NCBI GenBank assembly: GCA_041687695.1 | Contig: JAWLBL010000005.1 | Coordinates: 217,597-281,596 of the forward strand | Origin: Myxococcota bacterium | GTDB lineage: Bacteria; Myxococcota_A; UBA9042; PHBI01; JAWLBL01 | Direction: 5' to 3' | DNA: 64,000 bases | Part shown: positions 43,201 to 52,754 of the stretch, piece by piece | How the letters are laid out: every line of letters begins with the position of its first letter | Numbering within the stretch: the stretch's first letter is position 1 | Position numbers and translations under genes: made by a program | Notes under the pieces: model-generated | The model's input: the letters and a program-made list of their open reading frames with translations, nothing else | Told to the model about the DNA's origin: nothing | Databases searched by the model: none

Positions 43201-46200
43201 ACTGCGCGGTGACGTCGGGCAAGGACCCGGTGCGCTGCGCCTTCAAGATGGCGCAGGGTGGCATGGTGCGGGTCACCGCGACCATCAGCGACGCCGAGGG
43301 CCGGCCCAACCAGTCGCAGATGACGATGTGGATCGCCGGCGGCAAGCAGCCGGTGTCGCGCGAGCTGACCGAGGAGGAGGTGCGCCTCATCCCCAGCCAG
43401 GACCGCTTCGCCGTGGGTGAGACGGCCGAGCTGCTGGTGCAGGCGCCCTTCACGCCGGCCGAGGGCCTGATGACCATCCGACGCGGCGGCGTGGTGCGCT
43501 CCGAGCGCTTCACCATGAAGGGCGCGACGCACACGCTGAAGGTCCCCATCGAGGCCTGGCAGGTGCCGAACGTGCACGTCAAGGTCGACCTGGTCGGCGA
43601 GGCGCCGCGCACGAACGACCAGGGCAAGCCGGACCCCAAGCTGCCCAGCCGCCCGGCCTTCGCCACCGGCAGCCTGTCCCTGCCCGTGCCGCCGCTGTCG
43701 CGCGCGCTGACGGTCGAGGCGACGCCGCTCGCCCGCGAGCTGGAGCCCGGCGGGACGACCGAGCTGGATCTGGTGGTCAAGGACGCCGCCGGGCAGCCGG
43801 TGGCCGGCGCCGAGGTGGCGGTCGTGGTGGTCGACGAGGCCGTGCTGGCCTTGAGCGGCAAGAAGCTGATGGACGCCCTGAGCTACTTCCACCCGCACCG
43901 CGGGCCGGGCGCGCGCGACTACCGGCTGCGCCACCTGGTGCTGCTGTCCAACCCCGACGACGTCCTGGCCGAGGTCACCGAGCCCGAACAGCAGCCGATG
44001 AAGATGGAGGAGGCCGGCGCCATGCCGCCACCGGCGTCGCCCGCGCCCGCGGCCCGCACCCTGATGAAGAAGGCCTCCGCCGCCAACGGTGACGCCGACG
44101 GCGGCGGCGCCTCCCCCATCGCGGTGCGCTCCGACTTCGACCCGCTGGCCGTCTTCTCGCCCGAGGTGCCGACCGGCGCCGACGGCCGGGCCCGCGTGAC
44201 CGTCAAGGTGCGCGACAACCTGACCCGCTACCGGGTGATGGCGGTGGCGGTCGCCGGCGGCCAGCAGTTCGGCCAGACCGAGTCCGCCATCACGGCGCGC
44301 CTGCCGCTGATGGTGCGGCCGTCGGCGCCGCGCTTCCTCAACTTCGGCGACCGCTTCGAGTTGCCGGTCGTCGTGCAGAACCAGACCGACGCGCCGATGC
44401 AGGTCGACGTGGCCGTCAAGGCGACCAACGCCGAGCTGACCGAGGGCGCGGGCCGGCGGGTCACGGTGCCCGCCAAGGACCGGGTCGAGGTGCGCTTCCC
44501 GGTGGCCGCCTTCAAGGCCGGGACGGCCCGCTTCCAGATGGGCGCCGCCTCGGGCCGCTGGGCGGACGCGGCCGAGGTGTCGCTGCCCGTGTGGACCCCG
44601 GCGACCACCGAGGCCTTCGCCACCTACGGCGACGTGGCGGGCGCCAAGGCCGCCGTCGTCCAGCCGGTGCAGGCCCCCGGCGACGTGTGGACCCAGTTCG
44701 GCGGGCTCGAGGTGACGACCTCGTCGACCCAGCTCCAGGCGCTGACCGACGCCTTCCTGTACCTGGTCGCCTACCCCTACGAGTGCTCCGAGCAGCTGGC
44801 CTCGCGCGTCCTGGGTGTCGCCGCCCTGCGCGACGTGCTCGGCGCCTTCAAGGCCGAGGGGCTGCCCGCGCCGGCCGAGATCGTCGCCGCGGTCGGCCGC
44901 GACCTCGAGCGGCTGCGCGGCCTGCAGAACTCGGACGGCGGCTTCGGCTTCTGGCGGCGCGGCGACGAGTCGTGGCCGTACGTCAGCATCCACGTGGCCC
45001 ACGCGCTGGCCCGCGCCAAGGCCAAGGGCTTCGACGTCCCCGCCCGGATGATCCAGGCCTCGCTCGGGTACCTGCGCACCATCGAGCGCCGCTACCCCAG
45101 CTACTACTCGCCCGAGGTGCGCCGCGTCCTGACGGCCTACGCCCTGTACACGCGCGGTCTGCTGGGCGATCCCGACCGCGCCCGCGCCCGCAAACTCATC
45201 GCCGAGGCCGGCGGCGCCGACCAGCTGCCGCTCGAGGCCAACGGCTGGCTGCTCACGACCCTGGCCGGCGACAAGGACTCCGCCCGCGAGCTCGAGGCCC
45301 TGCACCGCCACCTGAACAACCGCGTCACCGAGACCGCGGGCGCCGCCCACTTCGCGACCCGGTACTCCGACGGCGCCCACCTGCTGCTCCACTCGGACCG
45401 CCGCGCCGACGCCCTCGTCCTCGAGGCCCTGCTGCACGACCGCCCGCAGAGCGATCTCGTCCCCAAGATCGTGCGCGGCCTCCTCGGCCACAAGACCAAG
45501 GGCCGCTGGGGCAACACGCAAGAGAACGTCTTCGTCCTGCTGGCCCTCGATCGCTACTTCCACGAGTACGAGAAGGTCACCCCGAACTTCGTCGCGCGCG
45601 TCTGGCTGGGCGACCGCTTCGCGGGCGAGCACGCCTTCAAGGGCCGCACCACCGAGCAACACGAGGTCGCGGTCCCGATGGCCTACGTCGCCGAGCGCCC
45701 CGGCCAGCAGCCGCTGACCATCGGCAAGCAGGGCGCCGGCCGCCTGTACTACCGCGTCGGCATGCGCTACGCGCCCAAGAGCCTGAAGCTCGACCCCTCC
45801 GACCACGGCTTCACGGTCGAGCGCGCCTACGAGGCCATCGACAGCCCGTCCGACGTCCGCCGCGACGCCGACGGCACCTGGCGCATCAAGGCGGGCGCCA
45901 AGGTCCGCGTCCGCCTGACCATGGTCGCGCCGACCCGCCGCTACCACGTCGCGCTGGTCGACCCGCTGCCGGCCGGCCTCGAGCCCCTCAACCCCGCCCT
46001 CGCCGTCACCGGCAGCCTGCCGCCCGACGCGGGCCCGGTCTCCGGCGGCTCGGGCGCCAGCGCGCCCTCCTACTGGCGCTGGTGGGGCCCCTGGTACCAG
46101 CACCAGAACCTGCGCGACGAGCGCGCCGAGGCCTTCAGCACCCTGGTCTGGGCGGGCGTGCACACCTACAGCTACGTCGCGCGGGCCACGACCCCCGGCG

Positions 46201-46289
46201 AGTTCGTCGTGCCGCCGGCCAAAGCCGAGGAGATGTACGCCCCCGAGACCTTCGGCCGCAGCGCCTCGGACAAGGTGGTCGTGCAGTGA
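40206..46289 (+). CDS. Alpha-2-macroglobulin family lipoprotein with N-terminal Ig-like domains
   Basis: LASC lipobox; DDRTMYRP, QEFRRPEF, VVDEAVL, DNLTRYR, PRFLNFGD, thioester YPYECSEQ, QNSDGGFGFW, DPLPAGLE, EEMYAPE. Confidence 0.93.
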   Translation: MNVHRISRALALLTALALASCAHPSPGAGGPDPGPAGGERSTEPSGPGAPAGAKEVKVPARKGFFFSVAEGAAEASALDRAPVAAANPLPDADTQRLLQRLPAVAEQATDQKDFALRERSLPAPKTGDVIATTFPPPQRPEGPPAAAPGPLEVLRAQPEGEVPLAPNLSVTFNQPMVAVTSHDDLAKQPVPVKVTPALEGAWRWVGAKTAVFEPDTRFPMATVVDVEVPAGTQSATGGTLAAAHTFQFATPPPRVLRSSPNHGPQRPDTAMLVAFDQRIEPDAVLPTITVEAGGNARAVRLLTEAEVEADEHLARLVADLEPGRWLAFRAVEPLPTDAQVTVKVGPGTPSAEGPRKTTDPQTFSFRTYGPMKVVEHRCGWGQCYPGQPWQIRLTNPIEAKDFDVSMVTVTPEVKGLRADVSGQWLNLRGRTKGRTKYEVRLAPGLPDVFGQTLGKSDPLTFQVDAARPTLSVPGDTLLVLDPQAKARLSIFSINHRDVRVRAWKVEPSHYGAWLEFLQKRWRDEGPKEPPGRRVMDEVVKLSEAQDELIESRLDLSKALDGGSGQVIVSVEPTLSLKNLWEKRRATHYRWVQATRMGIDAVVDGDEALVWVNALGDGTPLADVEVGIEPGGPKGKTGADGLARLPLPKGSPGRQVLVARRAADVAFQPESQHLWDSGGSWVRQQPRDSLRWYTFDDRTMYRPKEEVHLKGWLRRVQGGERGDTVAVGDAARTVDWRVSDARGNEVRKGTAKVNALGGFDVKFDLPDTVNLGYATVHMTASGEGEVTGDRFSHGFQVQEFRRPEFEVGASASDGPHFVGGQGTASVSATYYAGGGLPGAEVTWQVRSQPGHFSPPNHGEFTFGRWTAWWWHGGDEDGGEFGHRSFTGRTDGAGKHTVRVDFEGVSPPRAVSVTAEASVMDVNRQAWNASTSMLVHPASHYVGLKAVRSFVQEGEPLEVDAVVADLDGQRQEGRPIAMTAARLEWVQEKGEWKQKAVETRDCAVTSGKDPVRCAFKMAQGGMVRVTATISDAEGRPNQSQMTMWIAGGKQPVSRELTEEEVRLIPSQDRFAVGETAELLVQAPFTPAEGLMTIRRGGVVRSERFTMKGATHTLKVPIEAWQVPNVHVKVDLVGEAPRTNDQGKPDPKLPSRPAFATGSLSLPVPPLSRALTVEATPLARELEPGGTTELDLVVKDAAGQPVAGAEVAVVVVDEAVLALSGKKLMDALSYFHPHRGPGARDYRLRHLVLLSNPDDVLAEVTEPEQQPMKMEEAGAMPPPASPAPAARTLMKKASAANGDADGGGASPIAVRSDFDPLAVFSPEVPTGADGRARVTVKVRDNLTRYRVMAVAVAGGQQFGQTESAITARLPLMVRPSAPRFLNFGDRFELPVVVQNQTDAPMQVDVAVKATNAELTEGAGRRVTVPAKDRVEVRFPVAAFKAGTARFQMGAASGRWADAAEVSLPVWTPATTEAFATYGDVAGAKAAVVQPVQAPGDVWTQFGGLEVTTSSTQLQALTDAFLYLVAYPYECSEQLASRVLGVAALRDVLGAFKAEGLPAPAEIVAAVGRDLERLRGLQNSDGGFGFWRRGDESWPYVSIHVAHALARAKAKGFDVPARMIQASLGYLRTIERRYPSYYSPEVRRVLTAYALYTRGLLGDPDRARARKLIAEAGGADQLPLEANGWLLTTLAGDKDSARELEALHRHLNNRVTETAGAAHFATRYSDGAHLLLHSDRRADALVLEALLHDRPQSDLVPKIVRGLLGHKTKGRWGNTQENVFVLLALDRYFHEYEKVTPNFVARVWLGDRFAGEHAFKGRTTEQHEVAVPMAYVAERPGQQPLTIGKQGAGRLYYRVGMRYAPKSLKLDPSDHGFTVERAYEAIDSPSDVRRDADGTWRIKAGAKVRVRLTMVAPTRRYHVALVDPLPAGLEPLNPALAVTGSLPPDAGPVSGGSGASAPSYWRWWGPWYQHQNLRDERAEAFSTLVWAGVHTYSYVARATTPGEFVVPPAKAEEMYAPETFGRSASDKVVVQ

Positions 46290-47011
46290 GCCGGGTCGCC
46301 TTCGTCTCGGGGGCGACCGGCTACACGGGCCGCGAGGTGGTCCGGCTCGCCGCCGAGGCCGGCCTGACCACCGTGGCCCACGTGCGCCCCGACTCGCGCG
46401 AGCTCGACGGCTGGCGCGAGCGCTTCGGGGCGCTGGGCGCGACGGTCGACGCGACCCCCTGGGACGAGGACGCCATGGCCGACACGCTGGCGCGCCTGAA
46501 GCCGGACGTCGTGTTCGCGCTGCTGGGCACGACCCGCGCGCGGGCCAGGGCGACCGCGCGCGCCGGCGGCGATCCCGACGCCGAGACCTACGAGGCGGTC
46601 GACTACGGCCTGACGGCGCTGCTGCTGCGCGCCATCGGGCGGGCGGGCGTCCAGCCCCGCTTCGTCTACCTGTCGTCGCTGGGGGCCTCTGCCACCAGCG
46701 CCAACGCCTACCTGCGCGCGCGCGGCCGCCTCGAGGCCGAGCTGACCGCCAGCGGCCTGCCCTTCACCGTCGCGCGGCCCTCGTTCATCACCGGCCCCGA
46801 CCGCGACGAGCCCCGGCCACTGGAGCGGGTCGGCGCCGCCGTCGCCGACGGGGCGCTGTCGCTGGTCCGGGCGCTGGGCGCGCGCCGGGTCGCCGACCGC
46901 TACGCCTCGACCGACGCCGCCACCCTGGCCGAGGCGTTGGTGGCCGCCGCGCTGGCCCCCGACGCCGCCGGCCGGGTGCTCGAGGGCGCCGAGCTGCGCC
47001 GCAGGATCTGA
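46286..47011 (+). CDS. Atypical SDR / NAD(P)H-binding protein (TIP30/YraR-like)
   Basis: GTG overlapping the macroglobulin stop; SGATGYTG, ALLGTT, AVDY, YLSSLGA, ARPSFITG. Confidence 0.85.
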   Translation: MSRVAFVSGATGYTGREVVRLAAEAGLTTVAHVRPDSRELDGWRERFGALGATVDATPWDEDAMADTLARLKPDVVFALLGTTRARARATARAGGDPDAETYEAVDYGLTALLLRAIGRAGVQPRFVYLSSLGASATSANAYLRARGRLEAELTASGLPFTVARPSFITGPDRDEPRPLERVGAAVADGALSLVRALGARRVADRYASTDAATLAEALVAAALAPDAAGRVLEGAELRRRI

Positions 47012-47148
47012 GCGCACCGAACCCGTGCGGTTGGGCCCACGAGGCGCCCGCGTGCTTGACCGCGGGCGCCGCACGACCCACAACCCGTCACTTCGACTGT
47101 CCAACCCGTCCCCGTCGCCGTGGCTCACGCCATGGAAGGAGCGGTTCG

Positions 47149-47985
47149 ATGCGAAGTGCCCTGCCCTGCCTCCGCGCGCTCGCGATCGCGCTGACCGCGC
47201 TGTCGTCCGCGCTGCCCGCCCCCGGCGTCGCGCGCGCCGACGTGCCGGCCGCCACGCCGCCGCCGCCCGAGGCCATCGGCCAGCGGCCCCACCACGTCGT
47301 CGCCGACCCAGGCGCCGTCGACTTCGCCCTGCGGTGCGTGTGCCAGAGCTTCCCGCCCGGCCGCGCCCGCGAGCGCTGCGTCGACGAGCGCCGCGCCGAT
47401 GTGCCCGAGATCGTTTCCGATCTGCTCTGGCTGGCCCAGCTGCACGACATGCCCGACTGGTTCTGGCCCTGGCTCGTCGCGCAGGGCTGCCGAGAGAGCC
47501 GCCTGCTCAACGATCCGCCCGGCCACAACGACAACGGCACCAGCGGCGGCATGTTCCAGCTCAAGAAGGTCCTCTGGGGCCGCTGGTATCACGAGCGGTT
47601 TGGCACCGCGCTGGACGTCTATGATCACGTGCAGGCGGCCGACTTCGTCCTGCGCCGCATCAAGAGCGGCGTCCGTGTCAGCGTGCCCGCCGCCTGCGGC
47701 GTGCAGAACGTCAAGAAGCGCTTTGCCCTGGCGGCCTATCGCTTCGGGCGCGGCCCCCTGGTCGACGGCAGCCCGCGCCGTCCGGTCGAGCGGTGCCGCC
47801 CGGCGCCCGACGGCGGCCAGCAGTGCACGATCGTCAAACCCATCCAGCGCTGCAGCGGCGAGCCCGTCGCCGTCCGCTGGGCGGCCTCGTGGTTCCGGCA
47901 GTGCCCCGAGTGCTGGCGCCTGATGGACGCGCGAGAGGCCGCCTACAGCGGCCCCCGGCGCGGATACCCAGCGCTCGACAGGTGA
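47149..47985 (+). CDS. Secreted Cys-containing protein with a divergent lytic transglycosylase (SLT-like) motif set
   Basis: Signal peptide ending ARA; CRES, GMFQL, ALAAYRFG in SLT order. Confidence 0.55.
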   Translation: MRSALPCLRALAIALTALSSALPAPGVARADVPAATPPPPEAIGQRPHHVVADPGAVDFALRCVCQSFPPGRARERCVDERRADVPEIVSDLLWLAQLHDMPDWFWPWLVAQGCRESRLLNDPPGHNDNGTSGGMFQLKKVLWGRWYHERFGTALDVYDHVQAADFVLRRIKSGVRVSVPAACGVQNVKKRFALAAYRFGRGPLVDGSPRRPVERCRPAPDGGQQCTIVKPIQRCSGEPVAVRWAASWFRQCPECWRLMDAREAAYSGPRRGYPALDR

Positions 47986-48039
47986 CCTCGAGGCCCGTCC
48001 CGTGTTGAATGCGCCTCGCATCGTCTCCACGGAGGACTC

Positions 48040-49501
<1,462 letters not shown>

Positions 49502-49512
<11 letters not shown>

Positions 49513-50398
49513 GGGCCAGGGCGGCCGGGGGCCTCGCCAGGGCCCCGGCCAGCGCCTCGGCCACGGCCTGCTCGATGGCGGCCTCGGCCTCGCCGCGCCA
49601 GTCGTCGGCGCCCACCACGAACAGGGCGCAGTCGGGGTCGTGCCCGACCGGCGCGCGCACCAGGGTCGCCGCCTCGGCGGGGGTCAGCATGAAGTCGAGC
49701 AGCGCGCCGACCCCGAAGCCGGCCAGGATCAGGGCCTTGACCGAGGCCAGGCTGCTGGCGACGGCGAAGCTGGTCGCGTCGGGGCCGATCATCCCCTGCT
49801 GGCCGGGCAGCAGCTCGATCTCGACGATGGGGAAGCGCTGCACGGCCTCTTCGGTGGTGGCCTCCGCCAGCGCGGCGAAGCGGTCGGCGCGCCCATAGAA
49901 GGCCAGGCCGTAGCGCCCCGCGCGCGTGGCCCGCAGGTCCGCCGGCGGCCCCGAGGAGGCGATGATGGCCAGATCCAGCTCGCCCGCGCCCAGGCGCCGG
50001 CGCAGCTCGGCCGTGCGCGCCGTCTGGATCTTCAGCTGGAGGTCGGGGAAGCGCTCGGCCAGCGGCGCGACGATGCGCGGCAGCAGCCACGTCGCCACGC
50101 TGTCGACCGTGCCCAGGCGCAGGTCGAAGTAGCGCCGGCTGGCCGTCCGCGCCACCTCGCGCGCGACGTTCGCCGCGTCGGCCAGCAGCCGCCGCGCCCG
50201 CGGCACCAATGCGCGCCCGGCGGCGGTCAGCACCAGCCCGCGCCCCTGCCGATCGAACAGCGGCGTGCCGAGGTCCTCCTCGAGCAGCTTGAGGTTGCGG
50301 CTGACCGCCGGCTGCGTCAGGTGCACCTGCCGCGCCGCGGCGCTGACCGTGCCGGTGTCGACGATCGCCAGGAACAGCGAGAGGCGGTCCAGTTGCAT
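49502..50398 (-). CDS. LysR-family transcriptional regulator
   Basis: GTVSAAARQVHLTQPAVSRNLKLLEEDLGTPLFDR. Confidence 0.93.
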
Positions 50399-50615
50399 CA
50401 GCCGAAGTTATCATTTCAAGGCCGATCACATCAACGGCGCGAATCGAACCCAGATCCGATCGGTCCGCGGTGGCGGTAGTCCCGTGGGTGGTGAAGCCGG
50501 GACCGGGCCGCCAAGCACACAGTCCGAGCACCGCCTTGGCCAACAGGCACCTCGGGGCCGCGCCAGAACGGACGATGCCCCAAGGGTCTCACCTACATCT
50601 TCGGGTGCATCAGCC

Positions 50616-50782
50616 GCACGGCCACGGCCACGGCCAGGGCCTCGGCGACGGCCACGGCCACGGTCCACGGCCACGGTCCACGGTCCACGGTCCACGGCCA
50701 CGGTCCACGGCCACGGCCCAGGCCACGGTCTACGGCCACGGTCCACGGCCACGGCCACGCTCTACGGCGACGGACACGGCCT
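50616..50782. repeat. Tandem array of CCACGG / TCCACGG 6-7-bp units
   Basis: More than 20 imperfect units in a divergent intergenic region. Confidence 0.9.
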
Positions 50783-51011
50783 CGTGTAGCCGGCCCGACG
50801 AGCGAACTCGTGCCACCGAGCCGTTGGACCATGAGCAAGCCCGACCGCCAGCATCCACGCTCCGAGCCCCGTGGTCGCCGCCCGCGTTCACCCCAATCGT
50901 CCCGGCGGCGGCCGGCTGTCATCACGCGTTAGTCCGGCGGCTTGCAGCGGTCGCGCCGGATCGCCAAGCTCGGCGGCTGCGACGATGAAGTTGGGTCGCC
51001 ACGGAGGTCGC

Positions 51012-51479
51012 ATGTCTCGCTGGAGCTGGTTGGGCGTCGTCTCGGTCCTGAGCCTCGGGCTGACGGGTTGCTTCGTGCACCGCTACGACCCGGGGCCGCC
51101 GCCGCGCGCGCCCCGCACCGCCCCGATGGGCGCGACCGAGCGCGTGCACCGCTGCCCCCATGTGCGCGGCAACGGGGGAGAGATCGTGCTGGCCGCCGGG
51201 ACCTACCGCTGCAAGCTCGAGATCAAGGGCAACGGCAACGTGGTGCGCGGCGCAGGGCCGGGCCGCACCTTCCTCGACGGCAAGCTCGAGGTGAAGGGCA
51301 ACGGCAACCGGGTGGTGGGCCTGACCGTGCTGCGCAAGACCGAGCTGAAGGGCCACGACAACCGCCTGAGCCACGTCGACACCCGCGGCGGGGTCGAGGT
51401 CAAGGGCCGCGGGCACGGCAAGGGTCGCGGCAAGGGGCACGGGCGCGGTCATGGCCGGGGTCACCCTCACGGCGACTGA
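51012..51479 (+). CDS. Small lipoprotein with (I/V)xGNGN beta-solenoid-like repeats and a Gly/His/Arg-rich tail
   Basis: GGAGG RBS; LTGC lipobox; VRGNGG, IKGNGN, VKGNGN, LKGHDN. Confidence 0.7.
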   Translation: MSRWSWLGVVSVLSLGLTGCFVHRYDPGPPPRAPRTAPMGATERVHRCPHVRGNGGEIVLAAGTYRCKLEIKGNGNVVRGAGPGRTFLDGKLEVKGNGNRVVGLTVLRKTELKGHDNRLSHVDTRGGVEVKGRGHGKGRGKGHGRGHGRGHPHGD

Positions 51480-51545
51480 GTCGCGCCCGCCGCGATCGCG
51501 CCGCCAGCGGTGAAGCTGTATCCTCGCGCTCGGGAGGGGCGACGG

Positions 51546-52754
51546 ATGCGACGGATGCTGGTGGTGTCGTGGATGTGCCTCGTCGGCTGTTCGGGCGACG
51601 CGGGCGCCGGCGCGTTCGCGGACACGCTGATCGAGGGAGGCCCGACCGACGACGCGGCCGACGCCGCGCTCCTGTCGAGTCCGCTGGTCGCGCACGAGTG
51701 GGCGACGCTGACCTCGCTGCAGGGCTCCGATGGGCTGCCGCTGCCTGGGCTGCACCGAGACGAGACCGAAGCCGAGATCGTCCCCGGGTTCGTCCACACC
51801 GGCCCGACGGCGCTCGCCGAGGCGACCCACCGGCTGCCGGCGCCGGTCCTGTACCTGCACACCGAAGGCCGGGGCCGGGTGCAGGTCGCGCTCGCCCTCG
51901 GCCACGGCCAGCTCGACGCCTGGCATCCGTGGGCCGCGCTGACGCCGGCCTCGCCTCACGCGCCGGGCCGCGCGGTGTGGGACCTCCAGGTCGGCGGCCC
52001 CTTCGAGGCGGTGCAGGCGGTCGACGACGGGGTCTTCTGGGCGCCGCTGCGCCAGGTCGACGCGACCATCGTGGCGACGGGCGACGTGCGCGAGCGCTTC
52101 GTGTTCTACCGCGCGCTCGCCAGCGCTCCGCAGGCGGAGCTGTCGCTGGACGCCCTGCAGGTGCGCGGGCCGGGCGGCTCGCAGCTCGAGGTGACCAACA
52201 CCTCGGGCGCCCCGCTCCCCGCCGTGTTCCTGCTGCACGTCCACGCGGGCGGCGGCTCGCTGGTGCCGCTGGGGCCCCTGGCGGCGGGGCAGTCGATCCT
52301 CGCGGCCCCCACGCCCAAGGAGATCGACCCCGAGGCCTATGTGGCCAAGGCGACGGCCGCCGTGGCTGCCCAGCTGGTCGCGCTGGGGCTGCACGAGGAC
52401 GAGGCCGCCGCCGTGCTGGCGACGTGGCAGGCCAACCTGTTCCGGACCTGGGGGCTGCGCGTCCTGGCCGTGCTGCCTCCGGCGTGGGTCGACGCCCGGT
52501 GGCCGCTCGAGGTTACGCCCACGCCGGCCGCGCGTGTGCGCGCCTGGGTCGCGCGGGTCGAGGTGCTGACCGACGCCGAGGAGCAGGCCCTGGTGGCCGA
52601 GCTCACGGCCGGCCCCGGCGACGATCTGCTGGAGCGCCTGGGCGCGTTTGCCGAGCCCAAGCTGCGCCGCGCCTGCGGCCTGGCCGGGGGTAACGCCGAC
52701 GCCGCCGCCGCCTGCGCCGCCCTGATGGCGGATCTGCAGCGCGACGCGCCCTGA
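51546..52754 (+). CDS. Conserved hypothetical lipoprotein (HEW-x-T-x-TS motif)
   Basis: LVGC lipobox; VAHEWATLTSLQGSDG, PVLYL, ERFVFYR, GLHEDEA..VLATW. Confidence 0.7.
   Translation: MRRMLVVSWMCLVGCSGDAGAGAFADTLIEGGPTDDAADAALLSSPLVAHEWATLTSLQGSDGLPLPGLHRDETEAEIVPGFVHTGPTALAEATHRLPAPVLYLHTEGRGRVQVALALGHGQLDAWHPWAALTPASPHAPGRAVWDLQVGGPFEAVQAVDDGVFWAPLRQVDATIVATGDVRERFVFYRALASAPQAELSLDALQVRGPGGSQLEVTNTSGAPLPAVFLLHVHAGGGSLVPLGPLAAGQSILAAPTPKEIDPEAYVAKATAAVAAQLVALGLHEDEAAAVLATWQANLFRTWGLRVLAVLPPAWVDARWPLEVTPTPAARVRAWVARVEVLTDAEEQALVAELTAGPGDDLLERLGAFAEPKLRRACGLAGGNADAAAACAALMADLQRDAP

Noticed and set aside
39876..46163. 2095-aa minus-strand ORF and similar long antisense or alternate-frame ORFs (23122-26214, 58885-62562, 14290-16917)
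   Set aside because: These are shadow ORFs of high-GC genes, with no motifs and with the composition expected of antisense frames.
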